DNA of 64,000 bases from Candidatus Heimdallarchaeota archaeon (GTDB taxonomy: Archaea; Asgardarchaeota; Heimdallarchaeia; Heimdallarchaeales; Heimdallarchaeaceae). Where the stretch lies: NCBI GenBank assembly GCA_030603365.1, contig JAUVXV010000013.1:1-64000 (forward strand), read 5' to 3'. Position 1 is the stretch's first letter, and each line of letters opens with the position of its first letter. The notes under the pieces were generated by a model that worked only from the letters and a program-made list of their open reading frames with translations, was not told the DNA's origin and ran no database searches. The position numbers and the translations under genes were made by a program. Below are positions 1-9,359 of this stretch, one piece after another.

Positions 1-206
1 TTTATTTCAAATATTGAGCCACTCAAAGTATTTGTTTTCAAATTTTCTCAAACTTGGCAATATATATTCTGGTTCTTTTTATAGCTATTTCTCACTGTAT
101 ACTTGGCTACTTCTAGTAGCACAATAATTGAGAGATGATAAGAAATGAAAAATAAAAAATTTCAAGTATAATAGTTACAACTATTGTTGTTTTCTCACTA
201 GCAGGA

Positions 207-1673
207 ATGATTCCAACTATGCTAGTACAGGGAGATTCAGGCAATGGTGTAACAATAAACGATCCAACAGGAACTACAGAAGTTCTGTTCTATAACAAAC
301 TAACGGTCAATTTCACTGTTACCAAAGGAGATCCTCCATGGATTTATACTGGTACTACCATTTATCTTGATAACTTAGCTGTTGATTCTACATCTGAGGG
401 TCTAGGTTCTCCTTTTGTAAAAACCTACTATCCTGAAGGATACGCAGGAGCTCACTTTGTCCGAGTTGAAGCTCACTTTGTTAAAGGTTGGCAAGATACT
501 GAAGATAAATCAGATACCGCTGGTTACATTGTTAAGAATGCAGTAAACACCACAAATCTTGAATATCTAAGAATCGACAAACTCCATGACTACGAAACTG
601 ATAAAGGTTATTTAGATGGTTCTGGAGTGACTATATGTATTATTGAAGATAGAATAGGGTGTAACAATATCACAAACTCCTTCTTCAATAAATCCTTATA
701 TAGAACTTGCCACAATGATCTCTACGAAGACCCGGATAGAAAATTTGTTGATATAAAGTATTATGAATTTGACTTTGACTCAGGTCTTAATCACAGTTTT
801 GCTGAATTCTGGGATGAAGAAACTGATACAAGAGAAGAGAAATGGGAGGAATTGTTTGAAGAAGGAAAAAACAGTAATTACAGTTCAACAGCTGATGTTC
901 ATGGTACCTATGTTCTAGCAACTTTAAGGCAAATAGCTCCAGCTGCAAACTTTGTTTTTGTTGCAACAAATGATAGTATTGCTAATAGAGGATTCGCTGT
1001 CGAATGGGTTCATGACAATCTACAGGATTTAGGAATAGATATTATTTCCATAGCTTGGCCTGGATATGAAGCATGGGAATATTTATTTGATGATATAGCT
1101 GGTAATGGTACGATTACAGTACATTCTGCAGGAAATAATAATGAAACATTCACTTATTATAATGATGCAAAATATCCATGCTCTTTTGATAATACAATTG
1201 GAGTTACAGGAGTATTTGATGGTGACCATGGTAATTCCTCAGAAAGATGGAAAAGAGGGTATGTTGTTAATTCTGGTTACGGAGTTGACATTACTTCTAT
1301 ATGCAATGCCACTACATTGGATTGGTCTCCTGTTCCGGGAGGAAATGAGTTTAATTTCACTAGTAATGCATGTCCAGTAGTTGCTGGGATTCTTGCTCTT
1401 CTTGAACAGTATCAAATAAATTACAAAAGCGGAACGGATTTAACAGTTTCATTGACACAGATTCTATTTGAAGAAACAGGAGATGAACCAGGTAATCCTC
1501 CTAATGCGACTACTACTGTTGGAGGATATTATGATTGGATTAATGAAAATAATCAAACACCATATTATCCAGATTTCCCCTATGAAAATTATGCAAACTA
1601 TACATTCTATTGTTACGGTTGGGGACTTATAGATGGTTATGAGATGTTTTCCTACTTTAAAAACAATTATTAG
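207..1673 (+). CDS. S8 subtilisin-like serine protease, divergent; the signal peptide upstream (from ATG 145) is out of frame
   Basis: Motifs GSGVTICIIEDRIG (Asp region), HGTYVLA (His), SAGNN (oxyanion Asn) and FTSNACPVVAGILALL (Ser) occur in subtilase order. Confidence 0.75.
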   Translation: MIPTMLVQGDSGNGVTINDPTGTTEVLFYNKLTVNFTVTKGDPPWIYTGTTIYLDNLAVDSTSEGLGSPFVKTYYPEGYAGAHFVRVEAHFVKGWQDTEDKSDTAGYIVKNAVNTTNLEYLRIDKLHDYETDKGYLDGSGVTICIIEDRIGCNNITNSFFNKSLYRTCHNDLYEDPDRKFVDIKYYEFDFDSGLNHSFAEFWDEETDTREEKWEELFEEGKNSNYSSTADVHGTYVLATLRQIAPAANFVFVATNDSIANRGFAVEWVHDNLQDLGIDIISIAWPGYEAWEYLFDDIAGNGTITVHSAGNNNETFTYYNDAKYPCSFDNTIGVTGVFDGDHGNSSERWKRGYVVNSGYGVDITSICNATTLDWSPVPGGNEFNFTSNACPVVAGILALLEQYQINYKSGTDLTVSLTQILFEETGDEPGNPPNATTTVGGYYDWINENNQTPYYPDFPYENYANYTFYCYGWGLIDGYEMFSYFKNNY

Positions 1674-1704
1674 TTTTCTCTTTTTCTTCTCTTTTCTTTT
1701 TTTT
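1674..1704 (+). terminator. T-rich archaeal-type terminator
   Basis: An uninterrupted pyrimidine/oligo-T tract directly follows the protease stop codon. Confidence 0.55.
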
Positions 1705-1823
1705 GACTTACCTTTATACATAAAAAGGTGATTCAACAATTCTATAATCATATGAATTTTTCCATTAGTATAATATATTCTTCTAAAATCATGGAGTTAA
1801 ACGCAATGAGGTTAAGTCTTGTG

Positions 1824-2531
1824 CTAGTATACCACTTTACGTCTTGTAAATAGTCTTCTAATTATAGCTCTAAATAGGAAAAAAACAAATATGAAAATTA
1901 CAGGAAAAGAGGTTTGATTTGTTTGTTGTAAGGGAGTTGTTGTGGGAGTTGGTGTAGGTGTTGGAGTATGTAAATAGTAAACTTCTGTTGAATTATTGTA
2001 TTCAAAGAAATATGTTACATTAGACTGTGAAACATGAATGTTTAGTTTTTCAGTGAAAACGGGAACAGAAACTGAACAACATTCAACGTAATCAAACCAA
2101 AATATATAGTTTCCTAGGGGAAGATACTCATTCTCATAAGGTTCTATGAAAAACGCAAAAAATGCAAAAGCTGATGTTATCCCTGGTGGAATGTTATAAC
2201 TCCCTCCAACCCCCTCAATGTACACTGCTAGACTGACACTGAGACTTTTATTTTCAAGATTAGTCTGCAAACAAGGAAATGGAGAAGGTGAACAAATATA
2301 GTCAACTTTTATATTTGATTGAGTAGGGTTTTCAATTTGAATTTGGGTTTCAAATTCAAAGAGGGAAAAATGATTAACATTATTTATCAGAACTCTTGGA
2401 GGAAAGTTTGCATTTACTATTCTCACTATCAGATACTCCTCTTCTGAAAAAACTTGCATTGACCCTGTTAAGATAAATGAAGTGAATACAATAGTGATTA
2501 TCATCCATTTTAGCTTACGATTCATTCTCAT
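1824..2531 (-). CDS. Secreted protein with a C-terminal membrane anchor and Pro/Thr linker
   Basis: N-terminal signal peptide, TPTPTPTPTTTP linker, C-terminal hydrophobic helix and basic tail (RRLFTRRK). Confidence 0.7.
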   Translation of the reverse strand: MRMNRKLKWMIITIVFTSFILTGSMQVFSEEEYLIVRIVNANFPPRVLINNVNHFSLFEFETQIQIENPTQSNIKVDYICSPSPFPCLQTNLENKSLSVSLAVYIEGVGGSYNIPPGITSAFAFFAFFIEPYENEYLPLGNYIFWFDYVECCSVSVPVFTEKLNIHVSQSNVTYFFEYNNSTEVYYLHTPTPTPTPTTTPLQQTNQTSFPVIFIFVFFLFRAIIRRLFTRRKVVY

Positions 2532-2917
2532 GTCTAATTCCTATTCCTTAGATTTTGAAGGTAAAATACTCATTACTTTCTACATCTTAATTATATATAC
2601 TGACTTTACTATTTAAGAACTATGACAAAATTAGTTATAAAATATAACCTCTACTGTAATCCGTTTTTCCCCATTATGCTTAAATACTTTCTTTGCCTAA
2701 AATAAAAGGAGCTACCCTAACAATTGATACAGTCTTTCATTTGCAGTCTTTCGCTAAAGAAAAGGGATGAGAATAGAATCAATTGTCAAACACCTCTTAT
2801 ACTATGTTTTCATTAGTAGCTTTACGATCTCATCCAAAAGAGAGATTTTTCTGAACTAAGTAATCTTGCCTTTTTTTCCTTTCTGTTTTAATACTTAAAA
2901 AACCCGAGAGAATCAAT

Positions 2918-3139
2918 ATAAGTGATTATTCTATCTATAAACTAGGTAGAGTTGAACTTGAAACTGAGAAAGCTTATCTAGCCATTATTGAGAATTTCAC
3001 TGACAGAAAAGTATGGTTTCCTAAATCTGTTGTTGATCCTGATAAGAGTATCAAACAATGTTTCATCGACCAAAAAGATAAGGAAATTAAGGATTTCATG
3101 AGAAAAAAGAAACAGTCAGACTTGGAACAATTTTTCTAA
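2918..3139 (+). pseudogene. Uncalled ~73-codon ORF (ETEKAYL...VWFPKS) ending in a PIP box; the start is ATA (non-canonical or decayed)
   Basis: The frame is open from 2864 to TAA 3137-3139 and reads (I)SDYSIYKLGRVELETEKAYLAIIENFTDRKVWFPKSVVDPDKSIKQCFIDQKDKEIKDFMRKKKQSDLEQFF. GAGAG lies just upstream of ATA 2918, and there is no in-frame ATG/GTG/TTG near the start. Confidence 0.55.
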
Positions 3140-3294
3140 TCTCTCAACTAAAAAGATTGTTCTACATCTCTTTCGTCCAATGTTTTTTAATAAAACTTTC
3201 GCTTACTCTGTAAATATTTTTCTTCAATGCATTCTTATCCTAATAAGACAGTTTGAGAATATATTTTTAAACAAGTTTGTGATAACTTTTCTTC

Positions 3295-3783
3295 ATGTCA
3301 GAACAACGTGAGGTTCCTGAATATGCAAAACGTGCATTATATGTTGGTACCATGATACTGAGTTTGGTAAGTGCTATCCTTATTTTCACTTCTGAATTTG
3401 GATGGTGGTACGAAGGCGGGTATTATTATGGTTACGACTATGATATTTATGCAGACTATACTCCTGGATTTCACAAATTTCTCCTCGTTATTTTAGGAAT
3501 AGGTTTTATTTTTGTATTACTTATGGCTTTACAGCAACTCTATCCTGTTCTCAAAGTATCCAAAGATGTAGATAAAAAATTAGGGCTAAGCGGTTTATTC
3601 GTATCCTTAGGTATGTTAGTCTTGACCTTACTTATTACAATACTCTTTTTCGTCTATGTTAACTCTATCAGTACACTTTGGGATAGCGGTCTAGGGACCA
3701 GTTTTTATGCAGGATTATTTGGTGGATTACTTTCTACTCTTTTCTTCTGGTTTGCTGGGAGGATCGACAAACAAACAACATAA
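3295..3783 (+). CDS. Hypothetical 4-TM membrane protein
   Basis: Four hydrophobic segments and a Tyr/Gly-rich loop. Confidence 0.7.
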   Translation: MSEQREVPEYAKRALYVGTMILSLVSAILIFTSEFGWWYEGGYYYGYDYDIYADYTPGFHKFLLVILGIGFIFVLLMALQQLYPVLKVSKDVDKKLGLSGLFVSLGMLVLTLLITILFFVYVNSISTLWDSGLGTSFYAGLFGGLLSTLFFWFAGRIDKQTT

Positions 3784-3865
3784 AAATTTAGGTGAAACTA
3801 TTTAAAACCTTTAATTCTTTTTTTCTTGACTAAGAGTTCTGTAACCTAAATTAGGATGTATTAAA

Positions 3866-5254
3866 TTGAAGGCCTTCGATTCTTTTAAGGATAACAAACA
3901 AGATTTTTTGGATGAATTATTTGATTTGATTAGAATCCCTAGTATTTCTAGAGATAAAGCATCAGTAACTACAGCTGCTAATTGGCTTGATAATAAGTTA
4001 AAACAAACTGCCGATTATGTTGAACAAATTGAAACTTCAGGTAATCCTGTTGTAATTGCTGAATGGAGACCTCAAATTGATGAAATTTCTTCTAGTGTAT
4101 CAACCTCTATTCTCTTTTATGGTCATTATGATGTTCAACCCCCTGATCCGATAGATGAATGGCTCTCTCCTCCATTTGAACCCGAGATTAGAGATGGTCG
4201 CATTTTCGCACGAGGTATTGGTGATAATAAAGGTCAATTCTTTGCTCATATTGTAGCAATAGAATGCTTGCATAAACTCAACAAATTAGGTGTTCGTGTT
4301 AAGATGATTTTGGATGGGGAAGAAGAGTTGGGTTCCCCCTACATAGATGAAGCTATCAACAAAAGAAAGGAATTTTTCAACGATGTTGATTTAGTTATAG
4401 TTTCAGATGGTCCTGCTGATCCTACTTGGAAACCAACTTTAGAATTTGGTGCTAGAGGAATAATCACAGTTCAATTTGAATTACAAACAGCAAAAGGGGA
4501 TGTCCATTCGGGTAATTTTGGAGGAATTCAACCTAATCCTGTTTGGGACCTCATTTCTATTCTTAAGACAATGAAGAGTGATCAAGGTAAATGTCTGATA
4601 GAGGGATTTTATGATAATGTTTTTACCCCAAGTGAAGCAGCACTGAAAGCTGCAGAAGATTTAGATAGAGATCCAGAAATTTACAAGAAACAACTAGGTG
4701 TTACATATTTTGGAGAAGAAAAGGATTTACCATTAACTCATAGATTAATGTTTAGGCCTACATTCAATATCCGTGGGATTTGTTCAGGTAGTGTTCGAGA
4801 AAATGCTCGTACTATCATACCCAAGGAAGTAGTTGCTGAATTAGATATAAGGCTTGTACCTAACCAAACACCTGAAAGAATAGAACAACTGGTTTTGGAG
4901 CATTTACAAGGGTTAAAAGAAAAATCACAAAACTATGCTCAAATTCTTGAAAGATGTAAAATTAATTTTGGTACTAGTTTTTATCCTATGTTCACTCCTC
5001 TTGAACTACCTTGGACCGATATTTTAGTTAAATCAATTCGTGAAGGATTTGATGAAGAGCCACTTAAAATCCCTCTTGCAGGAGGAAGTCTTCCCTTATA
5101 CTCTCTCTATAAAGCTACTAAAAAACCAATGTATATAATTCCTTATGCTCAACCTGATGAAGATAATCATGCTCCTAATGAGAATATGATGGTGGAGTGG
5201 TTTGAAAAAGGTGTTAAAACATCTATAGCTCTTCTGAACAGTCTCAAGGAGTAA
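3866..5254 (+). CDS. M20/M25/M40 family metallopeptidase (dipeptidase-like)
   Basis: YGHYDVQP, ARGIGDNKG, DGEEELGS and NHAPNE metal-binding motifs. Confidence 0.9.
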   Translation: MKAFDSFKDNKQDFLDELFDLIRIPSISRDKASVTTAANWLDNKLKQTADYVEQIETSGNPVVIAEWRPQIDEISSSVSTSILFYGHYDVQPPDPIDEWLSPPFEPEIRDGRIFARGIGDNKGQFFAHIVAIECLHKLNKLGVRVKMILDGEEELGSPYIDEAINKRKEFFNDVDLVIVSDGPADPTWKPTLEFGARGIITVQFELQTAKGDVHSGNFGGIQPNPVWDLISILKTMKSDQGKCLIEGFYDNVFTPSEAALKAAEDLDRDPEIYKKQLGVTYFGEEKDLPLTHRLMFRPTFNIRGICSGSVRENARTIIPKEVVAELDIRLVPNQTPERIEQLVLEHLQGLKEKSQNYAQILERCKINFGTSFYPMFTPLELPWTDILVKSIREGFDEEPLKIPLAGGSLPLYSLYKATKKPMYIIPYAQPDEDNHAPNENMMVEWFEKGVKTSIALLNSLKE

Positions 5255-5285
5255 AAGATATTAAGCTAAGATAAACTTTCAATTT

Positions 5286-6002
5286 ATGAATAGTGAGAAC
5301 AGTCAATCCTCTCTTAGGATTCTCATTACTGGAGGATCAAGTGGAATTGGTGAGGCAGTTGCACTAGAGATGGCAAAAGATAAACACAGTTTTTACTTAA
5401 CTGGAAGGAATGAACAGAGCTTAAAGAAGATTTGTGAGAATTTGACATTAATGGGATGTAAAGCCCATTATGGTGTTGGGGATGTAAGTGACGAACAAAC
5501 TGTCGGAAACATGCTTGAAGATATTAAATCAAATTTGGGGGGAGTTGATGTCGTATTTGCTAATGCAGGTGTAGGTTATTTTGGTAATTTAGAAGATTTA
5601 ACTATCGAGCAGTATGATGAACAATTCAATACAAATGTTCGTGGTGTTTTTCTATGGTTAAACAGAACTCTACCTTTACTGAAATCTCAAAATAAAGGAC
5701 AAATAATAGTTACATCTTCAAATTTGGGTTTGAAGACAGGAGCAAGATGTTCTTTATATGCTGCAACAAAACATGCAGTTCAAGCAATGGTTTGGTGTCT
5801 TCGTGATGAACTAAAAAGTACAGGGGTTAAAGCTGCTACAATAAACCCTGGTTCAGTTGATACGCCTTGGTTTGATGGAAAAGATGTAGATAGAACCAAG
5901 ATGTTAGCTGTTGAAGATGTTGCAAAAGCTGTTCGATTCATAATAGATCAAGATGAAACTAGCAACATTGACCATATATTATTAGTGCCTGGTAAGCAAT
6001 AA
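5286..6002 (+). CDS. Short-chain dehydrogenase/reductase
   Basis: TGGSSGIG, NAG and catalytic YAATK motifs. Confidence 0.92.
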   Translation: MNSENSQSSLRILITGGSSGIGEAVALEMAKDKHSFYLTGRNEQSLKKICENLTLMGCKAHYGVGDVSDEQTVGNMLEDIKSNLGGVDVVFANAGVGYFGNLEDLTIEQYDEQFNTNVRGVFLWLNRTLPLLKSQNKGQIIVTSSNLGLKTGARCSLYAATKHAVQAMVWCLRDELKSTGVKAATINPGSVDTPWFDGKDVDRTKMLAVEDVAKAVRFIIDQDETSNIDHILLVPGKQ

Positions 6003-6015
6003 AACTATCTTCAGA

Positions 6016-7356
6016 CTACACTTTGAAATCCCGTTGAATTCGAATCAGTTTATGTGATATTGGGTGTGACTTTGCTTTCTCAAAAGAAATTTTTATTTTT
6101 GGACTGTTGCAGGAATATGACCTAAAAACAGCTCTAAGCTTTGTTGTTACATTGTGGATAATTTTTTCTTTCAAAACATGCTTAATTTTAAGTTGTAAAC
6201 GAACTTCTAATTCTGTAAAGGATTTTTGGATAACTTGATATTCTGATATGTCGTCTGAAGAAGAGATAATTGCTCTACGTAAATAATCAGGAAAGATGAA
6301 TTGCAACTCTCCACTGTCAGTTCTGTGAGACCACAATAAGTCATCATTTCTTCCTTGAATCTGTTCAATCACTCTAAAAGAAGAACCACATTCGCATTGC
6401 TGAGAACTAATTGTCACTAAATCGTTTAATTCATAACGAATAATAGGTTGCGTTTTTCTATGTAAATCCGTTACTATCATCTTGTAACAGGATTCCCCAG
6501 GATTAGTTATTGTTCCATCTGAATTAAATGTTTGAACTTTAATTAGATCCTCATTAATATGTAGAGAACCATATTTACAAGACATAGCAATTGAGCCTTC
6601 ACTAGCTTGATAAATTTGATGAATTTTACAACCAAAAATCTGTTCTAACTCCTCTTCCACCTCAGGATAAAGAACCTCTGCAAAAGAGACAACTCTAGGG
6701 GGTTTGATGTCCAATCTACCTTCATTTATCTCCTTAGAAAGCATTTGGAGCATGGAAGGGGGTGCTGAAAGTACATTTGGTTGAAGTTCTTGAAGTTGTC
6801 GAGATATCTCATCCAAAGAATTTAATTGACTAATATGTGTCAGTTTCTGACCAAATTTGTCTATCTGAAAGGCAGGGGTTGTTACTCTCAGGATGAAAGC
6901 GATATTCAGTCTTAATGTTTTAGGAAAACTGAATCGTGCAAAAAAAGCTGCTCTAAGATATTTCTCCTCAGAAGGACTAGTAATAACAATTCCTTTGTTA
7001 CCGCTTGTTCCAGATGACATAGCAACATTATACTTGTTGAACTGTTCTTCATAGTTTTGAGTTTCTTCAATGCGAATACAAAATTCCTCTAAATCTTGCT
7101 TGTTTAAACCATCAGTATTGTAATTTGTTAGGTTATCCATCATAATTTTCTTATTGACAGTTGGAAGGTTCCAAACATCTTCTAGGTCAAACTCAGAATA
7201 ATATTTCTTGAAAAATGGTGAATGTTCATAAACATATTTTGTGATATTTCGAGCATTTGTCAGTTGATAATTCTCGAGTTTTTCTTGACTCATTTTCTTG
7301 AAACGTCTTCTACATGCAAGAAAGAAATACAAAAAAGACCTGGTTTCAAGATTCAC
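6016..7356 (-). CDS. Adenylate-forming enzyme, PaaK/F390-synthetase-like
   Basis: MSSGTSGNKG AMP-binding loop, YQASEG, PIIRYELND and GRNDD motifs. Confidence 0.8.
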   Translation of the reverse strand: MNLETRSFLYFFLACRRRFKKMSQEKLENYQLTNARNITKYVYEHSPFFKKYYSEFDLEDVWNLPTVNKKIMMDNLTNYNTDGLNKQDLEEFCIRIEETQNYEEQFNKYNVAMSSGTSGNKGIVITSPSEEKYLRAAFFARFSFPKTLRLNIAFILRVTTPAFQIDKFGQKLTHISQLNSLDEISRQLQELQPNVLSAPPSMLQMLSKEINEGRLDIKPPRVVSFAEVLYPEVEEELEQIFGCKIHQIYQASEGSIAMSCKYGSLHINEDLIKVQTFNSDGTITNPGESCYKMIVTDLHRKTQPIIRYELNDLVTISSQQCECGSSFRVIEQIQGRNDDLLWSHRTDSGELQFIFPDYLRRAIISSSDDISEYQVIQKSFTELEVRLQLKIKHVLKEKIIHNVTTKLRAVFRSYSCNSPKIKISFEKAKSHPISHKLIRIQRDFKV

Positions 7357-7451
7357 TTACACACCATTTCTAAATTTAAAGAGAAGATAAATTCTAACTT
7401 TAAAAGAATTCTGAAAAAGAAGATGTGATTTTCATAATTTTCTAGTTCTGA

Positions 7452-8018
7452 TCAAACTGCATATAGTTTTTTCAATAGAACTTCTCTAGATAAAGATTGA
7501 AAAGCTCTTTTTACTCCAATCCCTTCAATGGCTATAGTTTCATATACAGGAATATTCATTCCCAAGTCTAAGGCATCAACCAATTCTTTCTTTGGCATGG
7601 CATCTGGAGCATCTCGTTTGTTTAATGCAATTACAATTGGTATTTCTCCACCAATTTTCTCTCCCAATCCTATCTTCAATTCTTCTGCAGATTCGACATT
7701 ATCTGCTAGCATTGCCCTTGATGAGTCAGCTACAAACAGTAAACCATCTACTCCTTTTAACACTAAAGCTCTTTGATGTCTATGTCTTCTTTGTCCTGCT
7801 ACTGTGTAAATATCTAAAATTACAGAGGAGGTTGCCATAAACGGGCTAAAATCAAAGTAGATGGTTCTTCCAGAAGGATCTTCTATACTATTCAATCCTC
7901 CTTTTTTGATTCCAGTAACGTCAGTGTGAAGTTTCTTCAGTAGTGTGGTTTTGCCTGATAAACTAGGTCCAACAAAGACCAGTTTAAAATGCATTTTTCC
8001 TGATGCGTCTTTTCTCAT
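7452..8018 (-). CDS. MglA-like small GTPase
   Basis: GPSLSGKTT, GRTIYFDF (MglA switch I with intrinsic Arg), YTVAGQ and NKRD. Confidence 0.85.
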   Translation of the reverse strand: MRKDASGKMHFKLVFVGPSLSGKTTLLKKLHTDVTGIKKGGLNSIEDPSGRTIYFDFSPFMATSSVILDIYTVAGQRRHRHQRALVLKGVDGLLFVADSSRAMLADNVESAEELKIGLGEKIGGEIPIVIALNKRDAPDAMPKKELVDALDLGMNIPVYETIAIEGIGVKRAFQSLSREVLLKKLYAV

Positions 8019-8060
8019 CGTTTCTTCATCAACTTTTAATGTTGTATCCGTGCTTTAGGA

Positions 8061-8363
8061 CTACTTATTTTTATCTCTTAGTACAATTAACACATAATCA
8101 TTTTCAGGAGCGACCAGAATCTCGCCTTGACTTGTGTCTAGAGTGAAGAAATTCAATTCTCCTTCGTTGAGTTCAGTAACAACTGCTTTTGCTCTTCCCA
8201 CCAACGAGGCAACCAAAGCCGATACATTTTCTCTCATTTCCATACTGAGATTACTTGTACTTGAAATAGGTAATCCGTCGTTGCTTGTAATAATTACGCC
8301 TCTTACCCCAGGATGAGACTCTAGTGATTTTAATGTCTCTTCAAATTGTTTTTGTGATATCAT
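8061..8363 (-). CDS. Roadblock/LC7 (MglB-like) protein
   Basis: [17 protein letters not shown] and a typical ~100 aa roadblock pattern. I moved the start to ATG 8363, which follows a GGAG RBS. Confidence 0.88.
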   Translation of the reverse strand: MISQKQFEETLKSLESHPGVRGVIITSNDGLPISSTSNLSMEMRENVSALVASLVGRAKAVVTELNEGELNFFTLDTSQGEILVAPENDYVLIVLRDKNK

Positions 8364-8599
8364 TCGATAATCTCCTTTAATTCGGTACCTTTTGATTTTT
8401 TCCAATAAATATATTAACGCTGATATATACTTATTGTAATTCATTTTTAAAAACTTATGATACTCCCCAAGAAATATGCAGAGAATATTTTCGAATCATT
8501 TTAACTGTTGAATAATCATTTTTTCTGTTTTTGACTAAATTTTTACCGAAATCTAAATTAAGTTAAAATTAGAACTAGAACAAAAAATACTCCTTTCTA

Positions 8600-9292
8600 G
8601 TGTTGTATAAAATGAACTCTCAAGATAAGCTTATAGAAGAGAAAAAACAAGTTCTTTCAAAATTAAGACTTCACAGTATTTCTCTTACTGAAAGAATGGC
8701 AAATGCTTTCTTAAATGTACCAAGAGAAGAGTTCGTTTTGGGTAATTATAGAGATAGAGCTTATATTGACACTCCCTTACCTATTCTAGCTAATCAGACT
8801 ATAAGTGCAATTCATATGGTTATGATTTATATTTCACCATCATGTACAGATCCACAAATTGGTGATAAAGTACTTGAGATTGGAGCTGGAAGTGGTTACA
8901 ATGCTGCTATGTTTGCTGAGATGGTTGCTCCTGAAGGTACTGATAATCCAGGGCATGTTTACGCTCTTGAGATAATCCCTGAACTCGTTGAGTTTGCAAA
9001 GAAAAATATTGAACGAACAGATTATACTGATAGGGTTACTATACTTCAATCTGATGGAGGTTTAGGTTATGAAAAAGAATCTCCTTATGATATCATTTCT
9101 GTTGCAGCTGCTAGTAAGACAATACCTCCTCCATTATTAGAGCAATTATCAGTGAGGGGAAAATTTGTGATCCCCGTTGGTAAACGATTCTATCAAGAAT
9201 TAGTTCTCATAACAAAAGAACCAGACAATAGTTTTTCTGAAAAAAATCTGGGAGGAGTTGCTTTTGTACCACTCACTGGAAAATATGGTTGA
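8600..9292 (+). CDS. pcm: Protein-L-isoaspartate O-methyltransferase
   Basis: VPREEF, QTISAIHMV, VLEIGAGSGYNAA, PYDII and VAFVPL motifs. Confidence 0.92.
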   Translation: MLYKMNSQDKLIEEKKQVLSKLRLHSISLTERMANAFLNVPREEFVLGNYRDRAYIDTPLPILANQTISAIHMVMIYISPSCTDPQIGDKVLEIGAGSGYNAAMFAEMVAPEGTDNPGHVYALEIIPELVEFAKKNIERTDYTDRVTILQSDGGLGYEKESPYDIISVAAASKTIPPPLLEQLSVRGKFVIPVGKRFYQELVLITKEPDNSFSEKNLGGVAFVPLTGKYG

Positions 9293-9359
9293 TTTTTCTC
9301 TTTTTAGACAAGTTTTTTAACTTTCATAAAATATATTCATTTGCTAGGTGTGCTTGAAA

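Noticed and set aside
8364-8444. N-terminal extension of the roadblock ORF
   Set aside because: This is AT-rich promoter-like sequence. ATG 8363 has a GGAG RBS and gives a normal roadblock length.
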